DNA of 64,000 nucleotides from Macrostomum lignano (Eukaryota): NCBI GenBank assembly GCA_002269645.1, contig NIVC01000461.1, positions 310,001 to 374,000 of the forward strand, read 5' to 3'. Shown piece by piece: positions 42,517 to 53,551 of this stretch (position 1 is its first letter; each line of letters starts with the position of its first letter). The notes under the pieces were generated by a model. It saw only the letters and a program-made list of their open reading frames with translations, ran no database searches and was not told where the DNA came from. The position numbers and the translations under genes were made by a program.

Positions 42517-43205
42517 TTGGTGTGTCTAACGGCGCTTATTGGGGTGTCTAAAGATACTAATTGGTGTGTCTAACGGCGCTTATTGGTGTGTCTAAAGGTG
42601 CTAATTGGTGTGTCTAACGGCGCTTATTGGGGTGTCTAAAGGTGCTAATTGGTGTGTCTAACGGCGCTTATTGGGGTGTCTAAAGATACTAATTGGTGTG
42701 TCTAACGGCGCTTATTGGTGTGTCTAAAGGTGCTAATTGGTGTGTCTAACGGCGCTTATTGGTGTGTCTAAAGGTGCTAATTGGTGTGTCTAACGGCGCT
42801 TATTGGGGTGTCTAAAGGTACTAATTGGTGTGTCTAACGGCGCTTATTGGGGTGTCTAAAGATACTAATTGGTGTGTCTAACGGCGCTTATTGGGGTGTC
42901 TAAAGGTGCTAATTGGTGTGTCTAACGGCGCTTATTGGGGTGTCTAAAGGTACTAATTGGTGTGTCTAACGGCGCTTATTGGGGTGTCTAAGGTGCTTAT
43001 TGGTGTGTCTAAAGGCGCTTATTGGGGTGTCTAAATGTGCTAATTGGTGTGTCTAAAGACTCTTATTAGGGTGTCTAAAGGTGCTTATTGGTGTGTCTAA
43101 AGGGGCTTATTGATGTGTCTAAAGGCGCTTATTGGGGTGTCTAAAGGCGCCCTCTTGATGTGTCTAAAGGCGCGCTCTTGGTGTGTCTAAAGGCACCCTG
43201 GTGTC
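42517..43205. repeat. 22-bp minisatellite organised as 44-bp dimers (GGTGTGTCTAACGGCGCTTATT / GGGGTGTCTAAAGGTGCTAATT)
   Basis: Alternating unit types. Confidence 0.92.
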
Positions 43206-44062
43206 TAGAGTCGCTTCTATATATTCTGGCCTAATAGGATTATGTTTGCAAACACCGAGAACGTAGAAAAAAATCCTATTAATATTGTTGCAGAACACAT
43301 TGGATCCATCTGTCCGGTCTGTACCAAGCTCTCTGAACTGCCAAATTTAGCATATTCAGCAGCGAGCCATTAAAATTAGCCAGACTCTTTCTCGGGCCGG
43401 TCCAGTAGCGCCAATATTAACTGCTAGTGATTGCCATTCAGCTGCATACCCGGCCTCAAATCTGCATCATTTCGCATGCAAATTGGCTCGCGACCACGGG
43501 GGGAAATGCTATTGCAGAGCCGTCTGGAACCTCCGCTGTGCAGAGAGGCGCTCTGTTCTAATTTTAGAGGCTGTAGAAATGCTAAAAAAATTCTGAATCA
43601 ATTTTTTCTCTCCCAACTCTCGATTTCCAGTGCATTCATATTGCTATTAGCGGTGAATCGAATATTTAGCGCCTTGAAGACTGCAGCTGGTGATTTTTTT
43701 AGGTCTTTTCTCCGGCGCGCGCTGCCAGCTGCTGCCGGGTCTTCCAGTGCAGGAAGTGGCTAATTTCTGTTCCTGATGAACTCTGCCTGACTGATACAGT
43801 AATAAGCCGAATTTTCAATCTGTTTTTTTACTAGATTACGAATCATTTTATCACAGGTAAAGGTCAACTGCCGCTAAACACTGCAGTCAGTTATTTTTGC
43901 GATGGCTCAGTATTTCCGGTTCTATGGTGGATATCATGTATTTTCACTTGCTCAGAGTTGTTTGAGTTGACACGCAAAAGTTTTGAGTTCGAGTCGGAGA
44001 GCCTATAGGATTAATAAACTCATTAAAGTTCGGCTTGATCTGTTTGAAAGGGAGAAGCCTCA

Positions 44063-45882
44063 TCATCCCATCAAGTAGTCCGTGCCGCAGGTGGCGTACC
44101 GGCAAATCTCGTAGTCGCGAACGGCCTTGTCCAGCACGCGTTTGAAGGAGCCCAGCTCGTCCTTGTGCAGAGTTGACCAGACCACCAGGTCGCGTAGGTA
44201 CTGGATGAAGTTCACTTGAAGTGGATTGAGGAAATATGAATAAATAATTCAAGTGGTGTACCATTCTTAGCACTAACAACTACAGCAACGAAGCTACTCT
44301 GTCAGAACTTAAAAAAGTATCACAGGGTGCGCATCTGGATTTGCGCGCGATTTGAGCAGGTAAAGTAGGGCCGCCGACAGAATCTGGGGAGCCGATATCA
44401 GGACATAAGCCAGCTGGCAGTCGACAAAGCGCCGGTAGGATGCCTGCAGCGTCAGTCAGCAGCAGCATCTCCTGCGTCAGCTGAAGGCAAAACGACTCGG
44501 CGCGGATGATATGGCCTGTTAGCTGGGGCCCCTAAAGGCGCAATAGGTCGCTTGGACGGGCCAAATTTAACTATAATAACTCTAACTATTAGCCCTCAAG
44601 CCTTCCAATAATTAATCATATGGAGTATTAAACATCCTGTATAATTTTGTGGAGACCGGAAACAAGCAAAAGTGCGAGTACTCTGTGTTTTCTAGACTGA
44701 CTTTTAGCAGAGTACATTGCATCAGATGGGCTTTTAGCTCAGGACAGTTTCCAACAAACAGAAATAGTAATAAAAATTGATTACACCTGTCCCAATGGGC
44801 AGATGTGCAACCGACAGCTCAGCCGCAGCTATTGCGCTGCGCATCTGAAGGCAGCTGCGTACGGCTGCTCAGTCCAAGGACTGGGGGTCGCCACACAGAC
44901 CCTCAATTACCCCAGCTAATGCTGGCACCCATTTTACAGCTGGGTGAGCTGAAGCAATGCAGAGTTAAGCGTCTTGCTCAAGGACACAAATTGTTCCGAG
45001 TGGGTTGTTCTAACTATTAGGCTACAACTCCTCAGCTTTTTCAACTGTCAAAAACAATCAATCGATAAGGCAGAAGGTGAGAAGTCGACTATTGACTGAC
45101 AGGACCTGAAAACTTCCCATCTTGTTAATGCAATTTTGAAATGTCACATTTTCCTGCTATGCTAGTGGTTATTGGGTGAAGTTTCGCTCAGCTTACTTTG
45201 ACTGCGGTGAGGATTGATGCTAGTAACCTACTGAGGGTTGATGCCAGTAACCTACTGAGGGTTGATGCCAGTAACCTACTGAGGGTTGATGCTAGTAACC
45301 TACTGAGGGTTGATGCCAGTAACCTACTGAGGGTTGATGCCAGTAACCTACTGAGGGTTGATGCTAGTAACCTACTGAGGGTTGATGCCAGTAACCTACT
45401 GAGGGTTGATGCTAGTAACCTACTGAGGGTTGATGCTAGTAACCTACTGAGGGTTGATGCTAGTAACCTACTGAGGGTTGATGCCAGTAGCCTGTTTTTA
45501 GGGCATTGTCTCAGCGACGCCTACCATCAAAAAAGACAGTTCACACATGCTGAACAAAGGACAATACAAGCCATAACTTACTATTTGAATGGTGAATCGC
45601 CCAATAGGCCTTGAAGACCTTGATGTTGAAGCTCTCGCATCGTTCGGCGCAGTTCATCACGCGAAAGAATCGCTTGTCCGCGCCGCCGCCGTCGCCACCG
45701 CTGCGGACAGGGAGCGACGGGGATGGAACAACCGGCGCCTTGACGGCAGGGGTGACGGAGCTGGCTGCGGCTGCGGCGGCGGCGGCCACGGCGGCCGCTG
45801 AGGCAGTGGCGGCGGCGCCCGCTAGGTAGAGGCAGACTAAGCCAAGCTGCAGTGGACTGGCGCGGAACCGGCCGCTTCGCAT
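44063..45882 (-). CDS. Orphan secreted preproprotein, 150 aa; exons 45882-45582 and 44214-44063
   Basis: Hydrophobic signal (LQLGLVCLYLAGAAA), Ala/Pro/Gly-rich pro-region, KR site, then a 4-Cys mature region. Phase-1 donor AATA|gtaagt joins acceptor ttcaag|TG to make Met in frame; exon 2 ends ...CRYATCGTDYLMG*. Confidence 0.72.
44777..45031 (-). mobile_element. tRNA/CORE-type SINE copy 2 (tRNA head largely deleted), intronic
   Basis: Body matches 12868-13100; only ...TAGGCTACAAC remains of the head. Confidence 0.83.
45214..45490. repeat. 24-bp minisatellite (GATGC[C/T]AGTAACCTACTGAGGGTT)
   Basis: Direct; explains the VDASNLLR ORF. Confidence 0.95.
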
Positions 45883-45931
45883 ATTGCGCTGCAGATGTCA
45901 GACAGGTTTGCATAGCATTGGATAGGTTGTA

Positions 45932-46226
45932 GGGGCTGTAGCCTAGTGGTCAGAGCGTCCGACTCACGACTGACAGGTCGGGGGTTCGATTCTCGACCCA
46001 CTCGGAACAGTTTGTGTCCTTGAGCAAGACGCTTAACTCTGCATTGCTTCAGCTCACCCAGCTGTAAAATGGGTGCCAGCATTAGCTGGGGTAATTGAGG
46101 GTGTTCGTGGCGACCCCCCAGTCCTTGGACTGAGCAGCCGTACGCAGCCTTCAGATGCGCCGCGCAATAGCTGCGGCTGAGCTGTGAGTTGCACATGTCC
46201 ATTGGGACAGGTGTAATCAATTTTTT
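45932..46226 (+). mobile_element. tRNA/CORE-type SINE copy 3 (full length)
   Basis: GGGGCTGTAGCCTAGTGGTCAGAGCGTCCGACTCACGACTGACAGGTCGGGGGTTCGATTCTCGACCC head, CORE-like body, short T-rich tail. Confidence 0.87.
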
Positions 46227-47503
46227 CAATAGATAAGTCAGTTACACACTAACGAAAGCGTGAAAATTTACCATTGCCTTTCACAGTTAAATTGCACTAA
46301 GCGCTTAGGTGTGAGGATTGGTACAAACCTGACCCCACCGGTCAGGAATGCAGATATTTGATAGGCACGTTTGATAGGCGAGTTAAAGCTAGAAATTTGC
46401 ACTCAACAGTTTGAGTCTGACAAAAGGCATTCTCACCTGATTCTAATTAGCTCTTCTCGGTTCCTCCTGGGTCCAAAAATGTCGAATTTCTCCTTCGATT
46501 TGCAAGCTTCCGCTCGGAGTCTGCTAGGCCTCTCTTATCCCGTCTCCTAGTAGCAGCAATGACAGCAGCAGGTCAGAACTCCCCATCTCTGGCTGAAGAA
46601 ATTGGCACGCATCGGCGCCGGCTGCAACCCCTCCCCCCAACCAGGTTGGCCAATGGACACAGGGCAGGCCGAGACCGGGCACTAGGGATGCAGTAGTTAG
46701 TAGACTGTCAGCGAATACGTGGGCGAGAGACGTAATCCCCATAATCCCCTTCGACTTGCGGAGCGCATGAACTGTACTGTAGGAGAAATTGTTTCGAAGA
46801 ACCGGAAAAACAAGCGCAAAGGCCGAGCGCGACGCAAAATCGCTACTATCCTACAGACAAGGAATCGACAGAAGTATAAACGTGGGAAACAAAGAAAGAA
46901 TATTACAAGCGTGGGCGGAGCATACCTGCTGATGGGACGATGGTGGAATGTTCTGAACGAAACGTCATCTGATTTTTTGGAGGAGACAACTGCAGTAGAA
47001 GAACTCTATACTCAATTTTCTTAGAAATAAGCTGGAGGCTCTACTTGTATATACAGAGCAGTCTACGGGGGAGGTGCACTGATGGGGAAGGGATGACAAA
47101 AGCGGCTGACCAATCAGAGGCCCGCTACAGAGCAGACGGGGGGTCAGCGCAAGGGCCGGGGCAGAGGGTCCGGCCACCCCCGAAGCCAGGGTGCAGAGGC
47201 ATACACCCCAAAACCCTGGCCCAAGGCGCCGGCAGCAGGGCAGGAAACGGAGGAGAGGGGCTAATCCATGGATTGAATAAAACCATCCTTGGGCCAAACC
47301 TCGCCCTTTAGAGGTCTAGGTGTGAAAGGGCCTCGGACTGCAGGACCACCGACACAGAACGGAAGGCTGTCTGTCTCTCCTTGCTACATTAAGCCAGTAG
47401 AGTTAGCAATACACAGAGTAGGGGGCAGAGCAGCTCAGCGGTGAACGCGTCTGACTCGTGCGCCACGACACAACTGCATGGTTCGATTCCAGTTCATTCG
47501 ACA

Positions 47504-47700
47504 GCGACTCACACCCATGAGGGCCAAACCCCAAGGCACAGAGAGTGTACATGCCTGACGATTAGAAAGTCAGAGCTGCTTTACACCCTGTGTGAGCGTG
47601 TGTGTGAGTGCGTGGCTGCGTACAGCTTGTGTGTGCTCAGGAACCAGCGTAATGGGCAGTCAGGGTGCCCACAGCCCTCCTGTGAATTTTGATATTATCA
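47504..47700 (+). mobile_element. Retroposon-like 3' fragment (same family as 22699-22930)
   Basis: Shared motifs as above. Confidence 0.6.
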
Positions 47701-48974
47701 ACAATGAATGTACCAGTGGTCTGAGTTGGAGTTCCATTAGGAAGTCAGAGGATAGCAAAACTCAAAAATATGACCAAATGGTCCCGTCAACTTTTTAAAC
47801 TTCCTGGTTTCAATTAAATCTTTAAAGCACAGCGCAGACTGGATTCAAACTCAGTCGAGCTTCAGACAGCCCATGGAAGACGCGGCTGACACTTCTGCTG
47901 CCCATTAATTGTCACGATCTCTAGGGAGCAAAGAATCAGTCGATGTAAGCGTTCGGGTTAATCACTCACTTTCGATCTTAATTTCGAAATAAATATAATA
48001 GAAGACTAATCCTTAACTAATAATTTTAAGATTTCTGGAGCTCTGTTTTACTGACCAAGTCAAAATCGAATTGGGCATCAACTCTGAAACTTCCAAATCG
48101 AGTTTACATACGACCCCTGAGAATGAGGCCGGATATTGAAAAAATGAATGTTTTTATGTTCTTTTCAATCTCTGTTTTATACGAATAAAATCTAAATGGA
48201 TCGACCCTTGCGGCCAACAGAACATATTAATATTGAATACACCAGAAAAAAGACAACCTCAAAGTGTACTCAGCAAGCATTCTTCCCAAGAAGAAGCCAC
48301 ATCGAGCCTTAAGCGTCCAAATCGCTGTTGAGAACTGCTGGCAGAATTCGGCACAGTTCACTGGCTTATCACCGAGGCATAAAGCCAGTGGAGAGCCGGG
48401 AAGGTATGGCGAGAGGTGCAAGAATGGCTAATCATTTCTAGGTAATAAGCACCTTCCCAACCCACCCTCAGCTCAGCTTCAGCGCGTTTTTTGTCAGCTT
48501 AGGCCCAGGTGGCGATATTTAGCTGGTAGCTATTTTTACCGCCAAGTCTTTCGTTTACCATTTCACACTTTCTCTCTCCACCACCGATATCCTCCCACGC
48601 AGCATGAGAACACTAGCTGCCAACCAGCCCGCAGCAGCACTTGAAGATGTCCAGCGAGCCCCAGGCTTCAACCACTCTGCAGTTCTCGGCAAGAAGGGAA
48701 AAGAGGAGGAGGTGCGCTGTTTAAACAGTTTCGCTCGACAATTCCGCCTTGAAGCCGGCTTCAGTGCCGCTCCTCTTGGCATTCAGTCTAATTTTAGCAT
48801 TCAGCTCCGCCGCTTTGGCTCGATAAATTTATTAAAGAAACAGCGCAAAAGTACTTTTACATGTGAGGCTGGCAATGTTTAGCTGAATGCTGGGAGCAAA
48901 GCATTGGCAACTTGTCTATTGGATTGAAATCCTCAGTGCAATTTAGCCTTACGGTTTTGAATTTCTCTGCATAG

Positions 48975-49480
48975 TTGTAGATTCGACATCCTGGTTGTAC
49001 ATCTGACATTCTGATTGTAGATTTGACATTCTAATTGCAGATTTGACATCTTGGCTGGTTGTAGATTTGCATCCTGGTTGCAGATTTGACATCCTGATTG
49101 TAAATTTGACATCATGGTTGTATATTTTACATCCAAGTTGTAGATTTGACATCCTGGTTAGATTTTACTTCCTGGTTGTAGATTTTAAATCCGAGTTGTA
49201 GATTTGGCATCCTGGTTGTAGATTTGACATCCTGGTTGTAGATTTGACATCCTGGTTGTAGATTTGATATCCTGGTTGTAGATTTGACATCCTGGTTGTA
49301 GATTTGACATCCTGGTTGTAGATTTGACATCCTGGTTGTAGATTTGACATCCTGGTTGTAGATTTGACATCCTGGTTGTAGATTTGACATCCTGGTTGTA
49401 GATTTGACATCCTGGTTGTAGATTTGACATCCTGGTTGTACATCTGACCTTCTGGTTGAAAATTTGACATCCCAGATGCA
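48975..49480. repeat. 20-bp minisatellite (GATTTGACATCCTGGTTGTA)
   Basis: Direct. Confidence 0.94.
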
Positions 49481-49644
49481 ATTTCGGTATCCCATGGCAT
49501 CCTGTTTATTTTTAATGGCACTATGATTAAGCTGCGAAACTGCTCTGCTTCGCCTACTCTTTGTCAGTAGGAAGCTAAGCGTGAGCATCGTTTTGCAGTT
49601 AAAAACCTGCATTAAATCAGTTCACTAGGGGCAAAAGGAAGCCA

Positions 49645-50082
49645 TGCTAGTGAGCACATTGGGTAGGTTGCAGAGGGGACAATGGAGGCTAGTGAGCACA
49701 TTGGGTAGGTTGCAGAGGGGACAATTGAGGCTAGTGAGCACATTGGGTAGGTTGCAGAGGGGACAATTAAGGCTAGTGAGAACATTGGGTAGGTTGCAGA
49801 GGGGACAATGGAGGCTAGTGTGAACATTGGGTAGGTTGCAGAGGGGACAATGGAGGCTAGTGTGAACATTGGGTAGGTTGCAGAGGGGACAATTAAGGCT
49901 AGTGAGAACATTGGGTAGGTTGCAGAGGGGACAATTGAGGCTAGTGAGAACATTGGGTAGGTTGCAGAGGGGACAATTAAGGCTAGTGAGAACATTGGGT
50001 AGGTTGCAGAGGGGACAATTAAGGCTAGTGAGAACATTGGGTAGGTTACAGAGGGGACAATTGAGGCTAGTGAGAACATTGG
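49645..50082. repeat. 42-bp minisatellite (GCTAGTGAGAACATTGGGTAGGTTGCAGAGGGGACAATTAAG)
   Basis: Direct. Confidence 0.94.
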
Positions 50083-50777
50083 GGCTTTAATAACGGCAAC
50101 AACAGCTAAGCTGTCAGACTCTAGCCAGAATGGGAAGATCGCAACCAAGTCGCATAAGCAAATATAAATCTAAATTTTAGAGCAGTTAGTAGCGTCATTA
50201 TTTTGGATAAAAATCGTTGCTACACGCATTGCAAGCGGCGTCAATTAAAATTTTCTTTGATGGTTTTGCAACGCTAATGATGCCGCCTTATCGCTAGCCC
50301 CAACCCCCCTACTCATGAATTGATTTGTCTCAAAGGTTGGTAAGCCTTGTTGTGGCAGAAATATTAATTTGAAAACTTAGCTTCCGGTTTGGACTGACTT
50401 TGGCCTCTCAGTTCAACTTGTATCACTTATGAAAATCTCCGTGGGAACTCAAGAACTCTCCAGATTTATATCAATATGACCGATATTCGCAAGTGTATTA
50501 CAAGTACTTAAGTACAAGCTCTTACATTTGTCTTCTTGGTTTTTTCAAGCTCTGAAGTCTCGCTATTTTGTGTCCCTGAAATAGGGGACAGACGTGCCAG
50601 AAGCTACTTCACTGTAGCTAAGAAAGGGAAAGATTCAGCATTCAGCCTTGTGCATTTGCCAATATATGCCTGGCAGCACACCAGCACGACTTTTTATTTG
50701 AGAGGTTAGTTAAGTAACAGGTCCTCTGCCGGAGGGCATGTGTCCTTTGTCAAATGGCATGCGTCGCTTGCCGAATC

Positions 50778-51271
50778 TCATGCATGCTTGCCGAATGGCA
50801 TGTGTCCTTTGCCGAATCTCATGTGTCGCTTGCCGAATCTCATGTATGGCTTGCCGAATCTCATGTGTCGCTTGCCGAATGGCATGTGTCGCTTGCCGAA
50901 TCTCATGTATCGCTTGCCGAATGGCATGTGTCGCTTGCCGAATCTCATGTATCGCTTGCCGAATGGCGTGTGTCGCTTGCCGAATGGCATGTGCCGCTTG
51001 CCGAACCGCATTCGACTCCCTCTGTGGTCCAGCCACACCAGTTCAGCCATCTCCGCAGCCACTCTTTTTTGCATTTGTTGAGTAACCACAGATTTGACGG
51101 AGTTGTCACGGTCTAAAAGAAAAAAATTTGAATTTTTCCAATAAAAATGCCTAGATTAAGCTGCGCTGTAGCAAAAATACGATAGCAATTACCCGCCAGA
51201 ATGTCCTCCGCCTCGGAGCAACCAGCCATCAGAGCTGACAAGTACAGAAAACACAGAAGTAGCGGCCTCAT
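50778..51271 (-). CDS. FMRFamide-like neuropeptide precursor, 137 aa; exons 51271-51193 and 51112-50778
   Basis: Signal peptide [21 protein letters not shown]; 80-bp phase-1 intron (G|gtaatt...ttttag|AC); repeated X-M-[R/P]-F-G-K-R units (amidation Gly + dibasic cleavage site). Confidence 0.88.
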
Positions 51272-51437
51272 TTCCGTGTGTAAGTTTTTTATTATTTTGA
51301 TTTCGAATGCCACTTGCCTAGTAAGTGTTTATTGAGCTTCCGGCTGGATATTGGGGGAATGGGTCTGTGAGGGGCCATTTATATGTGTGCCTGCCCGCTC
51401 CGGATTGGCCAGCAGCTGATTCTAAGGCAGATGCAGA

Positions 51438-51901
<464 letters not shown>

Positions 51902-52619
51902 CTAAGACAGTTGTTGCATGCATTATTAGAAAAGGAAAGTCGCGCAATTATTGGTCATGCAGAGAAAGTATGTTTGAATGTAGAGTTGAATTTTATTTCT
52001 ACTATTTTATTTTGCTACTACTTAAAGTAGAGAATAATCCACTTGGAATGACAAAAATAGTCTGCAGTATTTCGCCCCTTATTTGCTCTCGCATTTTTTA
52101 GCTGCTACCCGCAAAAAAGGAGATTGGAGAAGACCACAAGGCTACAAAATGGCTACTCGGGTCTGCTGTTTCTCTTTTTGAAAGACGCAACAGCTGCAGG
52201 ATCGTGACTTGAGCTATTTGTACCGATGATGATGATGGGGTTCGGAGTCTGGAGCATCAATCTGCAATTACCTGTTAGATTCTGATGGTTAAAATCCGCC
52301 AGAAGTTGTGTGTGACAGCGGCTGTCTATGCCTAATTAGTTTACCTGAGACAATTTTAGGCTGACTGAGGCGTTTTATATTTATTAATTAGGTTATTATT
52401 GATATTTCGGGTGAATTGGCCTCATTACGCATAAACTGAAGCTAGTTTTAGTACGAGTATCCAGGGTCTGAGCCAGCTGTAACTGTAGGCGTCAGCTTTG
52501 CGGACTTTCTGAAACCTTTGTACGGTCGTACAGCTTGGCTTTTTTATCGATTTTTTAAATGTAGTTTTTGTTGTCAGACACAGGTTAAAGGAAGTAAGAA
52601 ACAAATGGAGAGGGAAGAG

Positions 52620-52940
52620 TGAGAGAGGGATTGGGAGACGGAAGAAAGGAAGAAGGAGAGGTAGAGGGAGAAGGAGAGGCAGAGGCAGAGGGAGAGGAAG
52701 GGGAGAGGCAGAGGCAGAGGCAGAGGGAGATGGAGAGGGAGAGGGAGAGGGAGAGGGAGAGGGAGAGGGAGAGGGAGAGGGAGAGGGAGAGGGAGAGGGA
52801 GAGGGAGAGGGAGAGGGAGAGGGAGAGGGAGAGGGAGAGGGAGAGGGAGAGGGAGAGGGAGAGGGAGAGGGAGAGGGAGAGAGGAGAGGGAGAGGGAGAG
52901 GGAGAGGGAGAGGGAGAGGGAGAGGGAGAGGGAGATGGAA
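52620..52940. repeat. Polypurine (GAGAGG)n tract
   Basis: Direct; between the two divergent genes. Confidence 0.95.
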
Positions 52941-53551
52941 GAAGAGGGGGATAGCGAGTTCTAGCGAGAACAGGTGAGAAAGGGCGTGAGGGAAACGATG
53001 AGCGTGCAAGAGGGAGAGGGAGGTAAACAGGTGAATCCTTCCTTCCGAACTAAGACAGAATAGAAACCTTTGGCTTGAGCTTAGAAAACCGGGTCATATC
53101 TTCCAGCCGCAGTCCATATGAGGCTAATACAGTAAGGCATAGGCTTGCATGAGCAGATGAGCACAGAGGGAGGGCAGTTTAGGGACGCAGTTGTCCCACA
53201 ACAGGAGCACTATAACTAGAAGAGGGAGGAGCCCACACCGCCGAGGCAAAGGGGGATTATTGGAGAAACAGGGCAGAGAGGTGGGCGGCACTGGGGAGAA
53301 GGGGAGCCTCTTTTTGCTTTGTGGCCGAAGATGAAGGCTCTGCTCAGCTTCCGCAGCGTGGCAGGGATTCCCGATTGGCTTCATCTGGAGACGCGCGCCC
53401 CTCTCTCCGCTAGTGGAGGGGGATGAGGCCAGGGGCTTACTCTGAGACAAAAACGGACTAGGCTCAGCATTCCGCAGTCCTTTGCCCTTTTCTCTCTCTC
53501 TCTCTCCCATCTTAGCTTGCCTTCTCCTCTCCCCTAGCTGAGGGGCGGACA

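Noticed and set aside
45932-46010. tRNA gene
   Set aside because: The tRNA-like head runs into a shared SINE body in three copies; no clean acceptor stem or terminator.
46500-47320. GC-rich stretch with short ORFs, possible LTR or exon
   Set aside because: No TG...CA ends, PBS, second copy or interpretable protein seen.
50738-51116. Plus-strand Cys-rich (CRISCVA) metallothionein-like ORFs
   Set aside because: Antisense frames of the neuropeptide repeat; only the minus frame has a signal peptide and GKR sites.
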